A stretch of DNA of 64,000 bases from Candidatus Enterousia sp. GTDB taxonomy: Bacteria; Pseudomonadota; Alphaproteobacteria; Rs-D84. The notes under the pieces were generated by a model. The model searched no databases and was not told the DNA's origin. It worked only from the letters and a program-made list of their open reading frames with translations. A program made the position numbers and the translations under genes. Each line of letters starts with the position of its first letter. The first letter of the stretch is position 1. Of the stretch, positions 25,245 through 34,551 are shown one piece after another. Where the stretch lies: assembly GCA_045613925.1 (NCBI GenBank), contig JAZLBV010000006.1, positions 19,224 through 83,223 of the forward strand, given 5' to 3'.

Positions 25245-26954
25245 ATGATAAATAAAATATGTAAAATATCTTTGTTTTCTGCGATTTTGGCATCTGTTAT
25301 GAATATGCCGGCTGATGCGCGTGTAACGGTCAAAAAAGCGGGAAGCTATGCCAACGCATACAACCAGGTTATGAATGTTCGTCAACAGGCAGAATATATG
25401 TCTGCTAATCAAATTACTGCAACAACGAACAGTGCAACATCAATATTGCCTGTGGCGGTTGATGATGCAGATTTAGCGCAAGAGATTTTTAACAATACCG
25501 CAACAAATGTGAATACTGACGATTTGGAAATGTGTTCTATGATTTATCCAACTGGCATTTTTAGATGGGGTGTGCCAGAGGCGGGTATTCGCAGAAATCC
25601 ATCTCAGCAATGCATCGCTGTGGTTGAGCTGCGTGATGCAAATACAAATGCTGTGTTAGCCCAGACAACATTGGCATCTGGGGATGCAATGAAATGCAAT
25701 ATTGATATGTTCCCTGAATCTGGGTGGATGAACGTATTGGGCAATGTGATATTGCCTGCTGATGCTGCGCCTACTTTGGCCCAAGTTGAACAGGTTATGA
25801 ATATCGAACAGAAACAGAATGCCGGATTAAAGATTGCCGCTGCTGCGATAATAAGCGGTGTTGCAGGCAATATGTTGGCACCAAAAGAAGCGGGCGACAC
25901 AAAATTATTAGGCACTGGTAAAACACAGTTAATTGATACCGCAATTGGTGCAACCGCAGGTGCAGGCATTATGGCAGCCAGTACTTATACAGGCAAAGTT
26001 GCTGGCGATACTATCAAATCTACGGCTGTGAATGCTGCTGCTGGTATGGTTGTGGGAAATATGGCTGCGGGTATGTCGGGTGGAAATGGTATTTTATATA
26101 CTGCAAAATGTTCAGTTGACGGTATTGAACAAGATTGTGTCATCGGCAAGGTCAGAATTACAGACAAAACAGAAAAGTACGAATACACAAAAAGCAATGA
26201 CATTTATTTGATAAACAGAAAAAAAGAAATTCTTAAATGTAAACGTGATGTATGTATGGATATGGAAGCAGAAGATTGTTTAAAATCTTGCTATTCCCAG
26301 AGATACAATGAATTGATAAATATGAAGGTATCTTTGTTAAATAACAGAGGTATCAAAATGGTGTCGCAGCTGGAAAGTAATGATTGGCAGAATATCGCCC
26401 TTAAATACAGAAAAACAGATAAAAAATTTGAACAAACGTCTAATTTCGGTGATGAAACTGATGTGGATGTTTATTATGTAGTCCAAGAAGGTATCCCATC
26501 TGGTAAAACTGGCGACAGGCCTGCGTATGCCGTATTTGGTTCATTGCCAAAAAAATTGAGTGGTTATAAAGTTTCTGAATGGGATTATCTGTATGCTCAG
26601 GGGCCGCAAATCTATTACCGCAACACAGACGGCAGTGTTGGTGATATTGTAAGGATAGAAGATGGACAAACATCATATTTTACTCCATCTGAACGTGATG
26701 CAAGCGACGGCGCATTAGTTGACTTATCAAACGAAGCACGTGCCAAAGCAACAATTACTGGTGCGGTTGCAGGTGGTGCATTGGGTGGTTTTTCTGGATA
26801 CCAAGGCGCGAAACAGGAGGTGTCTGAACGTTGGACTGCGGCTGTGCGAGAATATGAAGATTCTTTGTCTATTTTCTATTGTGCAACTGGAACACGCTTT
26901 TTATCCAAATATAATGATTATTTTGAAATTCCAGAGGCACGAAAGGCAGAATAA
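25245..26954 (+). CDS. secreted/membrane protein with glycine-zipper-like segments
   Basis: Signal-like N-terminus. Gly/Ala-rich stretches (AIGATAGAGIMAAS, AAAGMVVGNMAAGMSGG, GAVAGGALGGFSG). Confidence 0.45.
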   Translation: MINKICKISLFSAILASVMNMPADARVTVKKAGSYANAYNQVMNVRQQAEYMSANQITATTNSATSILPVAVDDADLAQEIFNNTATNVNTDDLEMCSMIYPTGIFRWGVPEAGIRRNPSQQCIAVVELRDANTNAVLAQTTLASGDAMKCNIDMFPESGWMNVLGNVILPADAAPTLAQVEQVMNIEQKQNAGLKIAAAAIISGVAGNMLAPKEAGDTKLLGTGKTQLIDTAIGATAGAGIMAASTYTGKVAGDTIKSTAVNAAAGMVVGNMAAGMSGGNGILYTAKCSVDGIEQDCVIGKVRITDKTEKYEYTKSNDIYLINRKKEILKCKRDVCMDMEAEDCLKSCYSQRYNELINMKVSLLNNRGIKMVSQLESNDWQNIALKYRKTDKKFEQTSNFGDETDVDVYYVVQEGIPSGKTGDRPAYAVFGSLPKKLSGYKVSEWDYLYAQGPQIYYRNTDGSVGDIVRIEDGQTSYFTPSERDASDGALVDLSNEARAKATITGAVAGGALGGFSGYQGAKQEVSERWTAAVREYEDSLSIFYCATGTRFLSKYNDYFEIPEARKAE

Positions 26955-26961
26955 ACAAAAA

Positions 26962-26983
26962 AACGCCGATTGGCGTTTTTTTT
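26962..26983. terminator. bidirectional intrinsic terminator
   Basis: aacgcc-gattg-gcgtt hairpin flanked by an A-run and a T-run, between convergent genes. Confidence 0.7.
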
Positions 26984-28226
26984 ATTTGTGTTTATATGCC
27001 AAAACCAACGGAACAAATTTATCGCGATATTGCGGTGGTATTTTTTCTGTTGGTATTAAAATAGAATTATGCTGTCCAGCAGATAATTTCGGCAAATGTT
27101 CGCCATTTTTTGCGTTTATAACCTTGTCAACGACCACAGGAATTTTTTCATTTATGTTCGGTAAAATAAATTTGATTTCGTCGCCTGGCCCTATTTCATT
27201 GCGCAATTCCAATGTAATATTTTTATCATTAACGTCTGTTATAACGCCCGCGGCGTGCCAATCTGATGAAGAACGCGTTGTATTATAATCGTGCGCATCT
27301 GGTGGCACAGGCCCATCAAAAAACGCCGTAGTATATCCACGTGATTCCAATACATTTAAATCATCCATAAAAGGTTTCGGGTCAAAATTGTCCGGATTGC
27401 GCGCATATTCATCCAGCGCATTTCTGTACGCGCGCGTAACAGAACCAACGTAATATTCACTGCGATTGCGACCTTCTATTTTTAAACTATCAGGTCCCGA
27501 TTCTATTACTTCCTTTAACCGTGGCATTAAACATAAATCTTTGGAATTCATAATGTATGCGCCACGTTCATCTTCTTGTATTGGCATTTCGATACCAGAT
27601 TCAACTTCGCGTAAAATAACATCATATTTCCAACGGCATAATTGTGCACACGCACCACGATTAGATGGCCGCCCGGTAATAAAATTAGACAATAAACACC
27701 GCCCAGAATAAGACATACACATTGCACCGTGAATAAATATTTCTAAACCAATATCTGGACATTGTTGCCGGATAGATTTGAATTCATTATGAGAAACTTC
27801 GCGCGCCAAAACACATTGCACAGCACCAGCATTTTGCCAGAATTTAACAGTTTTTGCCGAACAAATATTCGCCTGGGTCGATATATGAATCGGGATGTCA
27901 GGATGATTTTCACGCACCCACATCAAAATACCTGCATCAGAAACTATCAACGCATCTGGGCGCAAATAATCCAAAATCTGGGACACTCGTGGCATATTTT
28001 CATAATCTTTGTCGTGTGCGAACAGATTAAAAGCCAAATAAACACGTTTGCCATTTGCGTGCGCTAAATCTATGCCCGCTTTTACTTCATCCACACTGAT
28101 TTTTGCCCGTGCCCGCATAGAAAAACCTGGTAAACCTGCATAAATTGCATCTGCACCGTAAAGAATCGCTGTTTTAAAAGCATCCAATGTTCCACCTGGC
28201 GCTAAAAGTTCAGGTAATTTTATCAT
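26982..28226 (-). CDS. peptidase U32 family protein (YegQ/TrhP-like)
   Basis: ELLAPGGTLDAFKTAILYGADAIYAG ... IHGAMCMSYSGRCLLSN is the U32 signature. Confidence 0.75.
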   Translation of the reverse strand: MIKLPELLAPGGTLDAFKTAILYGADAIYAGLPGFSMRARAKISVDEVKAGIDLAHANGKRVYLAFNLFAHDKDYENMPRVSQILDYLRPDALIVSDAGILMWVRENHPDIPIHISTQANICSAKTVKFWQNAGAVQCVLAREVSHNEFKSIRQQCPDIGLEIFIHGAMCMSYSGRCLLSNFITGRPSNRGACAQLCRWKYDVILREVESGIEMPIQEDERGAYIMNSKDLCLMPRLKEVIESGPDSLKIEGRNRSEYYVGSVTRAYRNALDEYARNPDNFDPKPFMDDLNVLESRGYTTAFFDGPVPPDAHDYNTTRSSSDWHAAGVITDVNDKNITLELRNEIGPGDEIKFILPNINEKIPVVVDKVINAKNGEHLPKLSAGQHNSILIPTEKIPPQYRDKFVPLVLAYKHK

Positions 28227-28346
28227 AAATGTCCCCTATGGTATGTATTACGTATATATTTTTAGTGTATTTTTAACAAAAGCAAGTTTTTTATCATTTT
28301 TTACTTGAAAAAAATTTCAATTCCATATAATATATGCGTTGCGTTG

Positions 28347-28422
28347 GCCGGTTTAGCTCAGCTGGTAGAGCATCTGATTTGTAATCAGAGGGTCGGGGGT
28401 CCGAGTCCCTCAACCGGCACCA
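28347..28422 (+). tRNA. tRNA-Thr (anticodon UGU) with atypical T-loop (C at position 55)
   Basis: GCCGGTTTAGCTCAGCTGGTAGAGCATCTGATTTGTAATCAGAGGGTCGGGGGTCCGAGTCCCTCAACCGGCACCA. The cloverleaf fits, and the T-loop reads TCCGAGT. Confidence 0.85.
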
Positions 28423-28432
28423 CAGATTTAAA

Positions 28433-28456
28433 ACACCGACATTTGTCGGTGTTTTA
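28433..28456 (+). terminator. intrinsic terminator
   Basis: acaccgac-atttg-tcggtgt hairpin followed by a T-run. Confidence 0.7.
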
Positions 28457-28464
28457 TTTTGTAT

Positions 28465-28911
28465 TCATTTGTAAATTCTCTTCCATTTTTTATATTTATC
28501 GGCAAAATTTATATGTGCAGCAGGGCTACTTGATGGCAGTACTTGCTTTTCAGATACTTTGAAATCAGTATGCAGTTCTTTTTGTGCTTTCACAAAATAA
28601 TTATATGCTGCTTTGCCGTTAAAAAATATCGTTTTGCCCTTTAATGCAGACAAATTATTATATTTAGGATTTTTAATATTTTTATCTGAACTGCCATCAC
28701 GTTCACAGGATTCGATTACATCCCATAAACCAATATTCAATTTCTTCAATCCGTTAAAATCCTGTTTTTCCAATCCCAACAATCTCCAAAATTGATTATT
28801 GTTGTTTGCATAATACTCTTTCTTGCACAACGACATTTCGCCAGGAAAAGTCCCCAATATAACAATATCAGCGTTTTTAAGGTTAAAGGCGGGTAATCCT
28901 TGTATTTTCAT
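28465..28911 (-). CDS. DNA-deoxyinosine (hypoxanthine) glycosylase, UDG superfamily
   Basis: IVILGTFPGEMSLCKKEYYANNNNQFWRLLG ... IFFNGKAAYNYF ... LPSSSPA. Confidence 0.65.
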   Translation of the reverse strand: MKIQGLPAFNLKNADIVILGTFPGEMSLCKKEYYANNNNQFWRLLGLEKQDFNGLKKLNIGLWDVIESCERDGSSDKNIKNPKYNNLSALKGKTIFFNGKAAYNYFVKAQKELHTDFKVSEKQVLPSSSPAAHINFADKYKKWKRIYK

Positions 28912-28926
28912 AATATTTCTCCTTTT

Positions 28927-30063
28927 TTATTTATTTCTATCTCGTTCTTCCATTTCTTTTCTTAATTCTGTTGTTTTCTTATGCGTATAGGCGGCATTTT
29001 CTATAACTTCAATAAGGAAATTACCAATAATCTCTTCGCTATTGTCTTTTGGGCTTGCTTCGCCATATCTCAATTGCTCTGTTTTAACCCGTTGCTTTTC
29101 CATTTTTTGTTTGCAATTATCTATAATCGAAGCAAGTTCTATCAATTTAGATTCTGGAATTTTGTATTTTTCAACTATATAAATTAAATTTTTATAGGAA
29201 ATTTTTTGATAAGAATCGCGCGTAAAACAAAGACACTCTGTATCTGGAGCATAAATATTATAACGACAAAAATCATATAATACCTTTATAACGTTTAGTT
29301 TAGTTACTATTTTTGTTTCAACATCACATAATCTACTATCATAACATTCATCGTCATATACCCCAAGTATCGCATTATTTGCGCTTACTAATTCACTTGG
29401 TTTAAATACTTGTAATAAATTATCCGTATTAGTTGGTATCGGAAAAATCGTACGAATTTTATCTTTCACATTTTGCTTTAATGCTTGTTTATCTATGTTC
29501 GTTTTACAACCTTCTTTACCACAAATAGATTCCGTTAAATATTTTTCACAATCTAACTCTTTTTGACACATTATTGGATGAAGTCCCGATTCCAAACCAC
29601 AACTATGCATTGAAAAGGGTATTGCACCAACAATTGTAATCATTGATGCAAAAGATACTAATCTAAAAGGAAAATAAACTAATGTTTCCCAACCATATTC
29701 GTCGTAATATTTATTCCTACAATATTGTTTTTCTTCTTCTAATAAACTTGCAGCATTATCTACACAATTGTACTTATCTATCACCGATAAATCTAGTTTA
29801 TATAATTTATCTATATCTGTTGAATCAACAGATTTTAAACCTAATATTGGCATAATTTCAGCCAAATCATCCTTGGTTGGTGATTGTTTTTGTGAAAACG
29901 CATATAACAGCCCCAATTTATCACAATCAGAATTTCTGTCATGTTTGTTCGTTAATTCTATAAATTTATCGGCATTTTGATTATCCTGCAAAAATTCTTG
30001 TTTTGTAAAACCACCACACCCACCAACTACCAAAGCAATCAGCACCAGTAAATAACGTTTCAT
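28927..30063 (-). CDS. hypothetical lipoprotein
   Basis: MKRYLLVLIALVVGGCGG has a lipobox. AGGGGGA RBS. Cys-rich, with no recognisable domain. Confidence 0.55.
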   Translation of the reverse strand: MKRYLLVLIALVVGGCGGFTKQEFLQDNQNADKFIELTNKHDRNSDCDKLGLLYAFSQKQSPTKDDLAEIMPILGLKSVDSTDIDKLYKLDLSVIDKYNCVDNAASLLEEEKQYCRNKYYDEYGWETLVYFPFRLVSFASMITIVGAIPFSMHSCGLESGLHPIMCQKELDCEKYLTESICGKEGCKTNIDKQALKQNVKDKIRTIFPIPTNTDNLLQVFKPSELVSANNAILGVYDDECYDSRLCDVETKIVTKLNVIKVLYDFCRYNIYAPDTECLCFTRDSYQKISYKNLIYIVEKYKIPESKLIELASIIDNCKQKMEKQRVKTEQLRYGEASPKDNSEEIIGNFLIEVIENAAYTHKKTTELRKEMEERDRNK

Positions 30064-30085
30064 TTATTTATCCCCCTATTTTCAA

Positions 30086-30273
30086 TAAAAAAAACCGCTG
30101 AACCATAAGATTGAGCGGTTGGAGGTTAGAAACAATCATATGAGTTGTGCGGTTTATTAGACAAAATGTCATATTCACCAGCCCTCCAACCATAACAGTT
30201 GTAGGGCTTTTTAACGTCAACCCTGACGCATATGATAGGTTTCTACACCCAGAACCACATTGATTATGATTCA
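30086..30273 (-). promoter_or_regulatory. structured leader or sRNA of about 190 nt with its own promoter, intrinsic terminator and alternative (anti-terminator-like) pairing
   Basis: Minus-strand TGTTATAAT at 30280-30288. Terminator aaccgct...agcggtt plus a U-run (30086-30120). Perfectly complementary 9-mers at 30117-30125 and 30183-30191 compete with both the terminator and an internal hairpin. Confidence 0.5.
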
Positions 30274-30279
30274 GATGCA

Positions 30280-30288
30280 ATTATAACA
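30280..30288 (-). promoter_or_regulatory. extended -10 promoter element (TGTTATAAT on the minus strand)
   Basis: Plus-strand attataaca, just downstream of the stop of the 30317 gene. Confidence 0.45.
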
Positions 30289-30316
30289 TCTAAATTCAAA
30301 TAACGCAAGAATAGCC

Positions 30317-30778
30317 CTATTTTTTTGTTTTTTTCTTATTAGAATTTTGCATTGCTGTTAAAATCTCATCAAATACAGCTGTCGTTTTTGGGTGTTTTTT
30401 AGAAAATTTTTGTATTCCCATTATTACAAGTGTCGTTATAAAACGTTCTATATCTTTTTTTGATATTATTTCACTTAAAACATCACCAGATGATTTTGGC
30501 TGTGGCTGGATTGTGGCATTGCACGCACGCGGACAAAACAGACGTGATATTTCTGGAATCCACCAGAAAAAAATGCACGATATAATTGGCAGCATTATAC
30601 AAAATAGAAAATATTTAAATGTTGTATGGGCGCAAAAATTTACATTAAAAACACCAACGCAATAACTTGGTATTTGTAATATGGTCAACATCGTAAATTC
30701 GTACAGTGTGAACACTGAAATAAATATTTTAAACTTTCGCATATAATTATTATATTGAAACGTATGACTGTTAACCAC
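30317..30778 (-). CDS. hypothetical membrane protein
   Basis: 153 aa with 3-4 hydrophobic segments and no recognisable motif. Confidence 0.4.
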   Translation of the reverse strand: MVNSHTFQYNNYMRKFKIFISVFTLYEFTMLTILQIPSYCVGVFNVNFCAHTTFKYFLFCIMLPIISCIFFWWIPEISRLFCPRACNATIQPQPKSSGDVLSEIISKKDIERFITTLVIMGIQKFSKKHPKTTAVFDEILTAMQNSNKKKTKK

Positions 30779-30791
30779 AGGACGTTATTCC

Positions 30792-30817
30792 ATAAAAAAA
30801 CCGCCGAATTGGCGGTT
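30792..30817 (-). terminator. intrinsic terminator after cvpA
   Basis: aaccgcc-gaatt-ggcggtt hairpin with a minus-strand T-run. Confidence 0.7.
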
Positions 30818-30838
30818 ATCTTTTTGATAAAATCAAAT

Positions 30839-31555
30839 TTATTCTTGGGATTCTTGAATCGAATTAGCAACAGATTCAATTTGCAATAATTGATTTTCCA
30901 ATGCCGCCCTTTCAGAATTTTTATACCCCGTTTCTGGTTCTGGCTGTGGTGCACCTTCTTGTTTCACAGGTTTTCTTTCTATTGCCGGATTTATAAGATT
31001 ATCAAGAATTTCTTTGGCTTCTTTTGCGCCTGTCATATCGCGTTGCAACAATTTATTATTACCGAAAAAGAACCATTCGTCCAACTTTACCGCGGTCAAT
31101 TGCATAACTGGGCGTGTTCTGGCGTTTTCAACCCAACCAGGTAAACCCTGGGGCATATCAGAATAGTACCACAACAATCCCCAATATACAAAACCCATAA
31201 CAACAATACTGCGGATTATGCCGAATATCACACCCAATGTTTTATCTGTAACCGATAAAATACTATCTTGGATACGGTCGCGGATTTTCTGATTGATAAA
31301 TCCAACAAGCACCAAAATAACAAAAAACACTATGAAATACGAAGCAACCAAAGTCCCAACAGTTGACGACGATAAATCAAACCATTTTTGCAATAAACCG
31401 TCCAGATATGGTGATATAAAGCGCGCTGCAAACGCCGCAACCACCCACGATAATGTTGCGATAGTTTCATATATTCCACCACGAACAGTTGCCCAGATGG
31501 TTGAACCTATGACCATCGCTATGTATATGTAATCTAATATTGTTAAGTTAAACAT
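30839..31555 (-). CDS. cvpA: CvpA family membrane protein with hydrophilic C-terminal extension
   Basis: ILDYIYIAMVIGSTIWATVRGGIYETIATLSWVVAAFAARF is a CvpA-like N-terminus. It has four TM segments. Confidence 0.7.
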   Translation of the reverse strand: MFNLTILDYIYIAMVIGSTIWATVRGGIYETIATLSWVVAAFAARFISPYLDGLLQKWFDLSSSTVGTLVASYFIVFFVILVLVGFINQKIRDRIQDSILSVTDKTLGVIFGIIRSIVVMGFVYWGLLWYYSDMPQGLPGWVENARTRPVMQLTAVKLDEWFFFGNNKLLQRDMTGAKEAKEILDNLINPAIERKPVKQEGAPQPEPETGYKNSERAALENQLLQIESVANSIQESQE

Positions 31556-31655
31556 AATATTGCCTATTTTTGTCTTTTGAATTTAATAACACCGATTATT
31601 AACAACAAAACTAAAATTCCAACCAGAATATTTGTTGTATTTAATGTGCCATTAT

Positions 31656-32117
31656 TTACTTTTTTTTTGATTCATCTGAATTTGTTATGGCGTTCAATCT
31701 GTCCGAATGTGCAGAAACAAACGCATTTTTGTTCTTAGCCATTTCTGTTCTATTTGATTGTGCAGATTTTTTCTGGGCATCTGTTAAATCAGATTCAACC
31801 GATGCACGTATTGCATCACGCAAAGAATCACCATATCCCTGGAAACAATCTTCACCAATAACCATAACCGGCACACCACCAGATTTATATTTACATTTGT
31901 TCAGTGCATCAATAAAACCTTGTCTGTTATCTGCAATAGTTGCATTAATTTCTACAACTTTTAAATCATCATATTCATAAATCAATTCATTTTTAATAAA
32001 ATCGCGTGCGCGATGACAATGCGGGCAAGATGGCGAATAAAAAATAGTTATATCTGCAGCATTTGCAACCGACAGTAAACCAACAAATAAAAACAAAGCG
32101 CTTTGTAATATTTTCAT
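31656..32117 (-). CDS. secreted glutaredoxin/thioredoxin-fold protein
   Basis: Signal peptide, then ITIFYSPSCPHCHRARDFI (CPHC motif) and GGVPVMVIGE. Confidence 0.7.
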   Translation of the reverse strand: MKILQSALFLFVGLLSVANAADITIFYSPSCPHCHRARDFIKNELIYEYDDLKVVEINATIADNRQGFIDALNKCKYKSGGVPVMVIGEDCFQGYGDSLRDAIRASVESDLTDAQKKSAQSNRTEMAKNKNAFVSAHSDRLNAITNSDESKKK

Positions 32118-32194
32118 AAAAAATCTCCTTTCTACTTAGCCAGCAAATTATAGAAACAATGAACATACAAAATCAAGTGTTTTTTATTTTTTTC

Positions 32195-32223
32195 TTGAGT
32201 AAAAAAATCAAAGTGTCTAGAAT
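32195..32223 (+). promoter_or_regulatory. candidate sigma70 promoter
   Basis: TTGAGT, a 17-nt spacer, then TAGAAT, about 18 nt upstream of the 32241 start. Confidence 0.4.
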
Positions 32224-32240
32224 ATTTTTGAAGGAATCAT

Positions 32241-32975
32241 ATGAATAAACTTAGCAATATTTTATGGAAAATTTTTACCAGTTTAGTGGTGTTTTCTTGT
32301 CGTACACCGACGGACGCAAATGCCGAAGAATATGCGCAAACACACACATTATGTCGGGCCGGGTATTATGTGTCAAAATGTGGTGATTATAATGTCGGAA
32401 CAAATTGGTTAAAGGGTTATCCTGAATCTGAAAACAGTGTTGCAATTAGTGCCGCATTGGAAAATTCTGCTACCGTTGTATCTTCGCGTGTTGGGATTCG
32501 AAATTCTCTTATTTCTGGCGTTGTAAACAGTCCTAATTATTACGATTATTCTGGGATAAACAATCTTAAAAATTTACGGTATTTTTTTTCTGATGATGGT
32601 TCTGAAATAATATATACTACATCGTCTGGTACGCGTCAGGTGGTTCGATATGACACTTATAAAATTATGAGAAATGATTTACTTACTGCAACTTGTAATC
32701 CAGTGGATGTCCAGATAACCTGTTCACAATGTCCAGGAATTGGTACTGTGCCTGCGTCAAGTGTGGATATAACCTATGATTCTGGATTATTGGTTTCTGG
32801 ATCGTGGAATTTTCATACTATTGCCGATTGTTATATGCAAGAATTTTCTGATTCTACTGGGATTTATGAATATGTTGATAACAACAACAATACGGAAAAT
32901 TGTTATTATGCTAATGATGTTTCTGGTGATGTACTGATAAGGGAAAATACCGCTACTAGTTCGCAATATGATTAA
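32241..32975 (+). CDS. secreted Cys-containing hypothetical protein
   Basis: Signal-like N-terminus. The CRAGYYVSKC and CSQCPGIG motifs are shared with the C-terminus of the 48274 protein. Confidence 0.45.
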   Translation: MNKLSNILWKIFTSLVVFSCRTPTDANAEEYAQTHTLCRAGYYVSKCGDYNVGTNWLKGYPESENSVAISAALENSATVVSSRVGIRNSLISGVVNSPNYYDYSGINNLKNLRYFFSDDGSEIIYTTSSGTRQVVRYDTYKIMRNDLLTATCNPVDVQITCSQCPGIGTVPASSVDITYDSGLLVSGSWNFHTIADCYMQEFSDSTGIYEYVDNNNNTENCYYANDVSGDVLIRENTATSSQYD

Positions 32976-32978
32976 AAA

Positions 32979-33791
32979 ATGAAAGACATTTTTTTTACTA
33001 TTATTATCAAAGACTCAGATAACCTTGCGGCGTTGGATGCAGTAAACCGACAAAATTGGAACAATTACGAATGCTTTATCGTTAATAATTCCATAAAAGA
33101 TTTAGAAAAATACATCGTTTCAAACAATCGTTTTCATATAATAGAAAACAAATCTGATGATAAATATAAGAACATAAATACTGCCATAGAACAGGGAAAC
33201 GGGGAATATTTTATCATTCTGAATTCAAGCGACATTTTAACACAAAATTCGTTGGCTGATATTTCCAGAATTGCAAATTTAACAGATGCACAAATAATAG
33301 AATATAACACAATGTATGTTCAAAATGTTTCTGGGGTATCTTTGGACGAACAACAATGTATTTTTAATTATTTAATACGTCGCAAAATAATTATGGAATC
33401 TGTGTTTGATAGTATGTCTGCATTTTGTTTTTCACATAGTATTATAAAAAAACAGATACTGAATTTACCAGAACACGTGTTTATTATGAATTTATTAAAA
33501 GATACACCATCCATTGCAAAAACAAACAATACCTATCTGTTGCAATTGGCAGAACATAATAAAATCAAATCTGAAGAATATATAAAAATTGTAGATAATT
33601 ATAAAAAAATAGAAAACGAATTTGACAATAATTTTTGGCGCAATTATTTTAAAAAAATCATTCCAGGATTAATGATGGCTACAGTATCCGAAAAACGTCG
33701 CGATGCTTTTGTATACTGTTGCAAAAATATACCGTTAAAATTTATACCATTAAAATATAGATTTATGTTTTCTGTAATGAAGACATTTTAA
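32979..33791 (+). CDS. GT2-like glycosyltransferase homolog with degenerate acidic motifs
   Basis: FTIIIKDSDN ... YECFIVNNS ... GEYFIILNSSDIL matches the GT2 layout, but DD is replaced by NN and DxD by SSD. Confidence 0.45.
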   Translation: MKDIFFTIIIKDSDNLAALDAVNRQNWNNYECFIVNNSIKDLEKYIVSNNRFHIIENKSDDKYKNINTAIEQGNGEYFIILNSSDILTQNSLADISRIANLTDAQIIEYNTMYVQNVSGVSLDEQQCIFNYLIRRKIIMESVFDSMSAFCFSHSIIKKQILNLPEHVFIMNLLKDTPSIAKTNNTYLLQLAEHNKIKSEEYIKIVDNYKKIENEFDNNFWRNYFKKIIPGLMMATVSEKRRDAFVYCCKNIPLKFIPLKYRFMFSVMKTF

Positions 33792-33808
33792 ATATCACAG
33801 GAAAAGCA

Positions 33809-34549
33809 ATGTATATAAAGAAACATAAACATCTTGACCGAAAATTATGGACCAATACAAATGAATTAAAACAGCCCGTATCGGAGATGCTGATGTCCAT
33901 AGTTTGGTCGTATATAGACAGCATCCGCGGGTTAAATGCCATAGATGTTTGTAATTCTGATATCAAAGATGTTTTCATATACGGATCGTGTGCTAATTAT
34001 TTTTATACAAACAAATCCGATATAGATATGTGCATTATTCTGGATTTCGATAAAATTTTTAAACGCAATCCTGGATTAAAAAACGAACAGAATTTCAAAT
34101 TATATTATTATAATTGGGCGATGACACATAAATGTAAAATATATGGTCGCAAAATTGATGTTTCGTTTGAAAATGAAAAAAATACTATATCACCAAATGG
34201 ACGCTATCGTTCCGGACCTGTGTTTTCAATTATGCACAACAGGTGGTTGTTTAAACCAATGATTATTTCTGACCGGGAATACAAAAAGATAAAAAAAGAT
34301 TCTGTATCGGTTTGCAAACAAATTTTGCACGATTATAAAATGGTTAAAAAAAATGGTTTTGTATTCAAAGATGTGCAAAAACTTTACAAAGACATTTATG
34401 ATGCAAAAAATATATCACATAAAATGAATCTGGAACAACCTATTACGTATATGTATGTTGCGTTTCGTAAAATTCGCGGTATGGGAATACTAGACAAATT
34501 GCGCGACAAAATGGTTGAATCAGAATCTGAACATTTTGTTTTAAAATGA
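33809..34549 (+). CDS. nucleotidyltransferase (Pol-beta-fold) domain protein
   Basis: VFIYGSCANYFYTNKSDIDMCIILD matches the GS...DxD NTase motif. Confidence 0.5.
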   Translation: MYIKKHKHLDRKLWTNTNELKQPVSEMLMSIVWSYIDSIRGLNAIDVCNSDIKDVFIYGSCANYFYTNKSDIDMCIILDFDKIFKRNPGLKNEQNFKLYYYNWAMTHKCKIYGRKIDVSFENEKNTISPNGRYRSGPVFSIMHNRWLFKPMIISDREYKKIKKDSVSVCKQILHDYKMVKKNGFVFKDVQKLYKDIYDAKNISHKMNLEQPITYMYVAFRKIRGMGILDKLRDKMVESESEHFVLK

Positions 34550-34551
34550 TA

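Noticed and set aside
30086-30273. 6S RNA (ssrS) identity for the roughly 190-nt minus-strand transcript.
   Set aside because: The length and the presence of its own promoter and terminator fit, and the 5' and 3' ends can pair. However, the interior folds into several separate hairpins rather than one long helix with a central bubble. Its position immediately before an RBS favours a cis-acting leader. I left it as an unclassified structured RNA.
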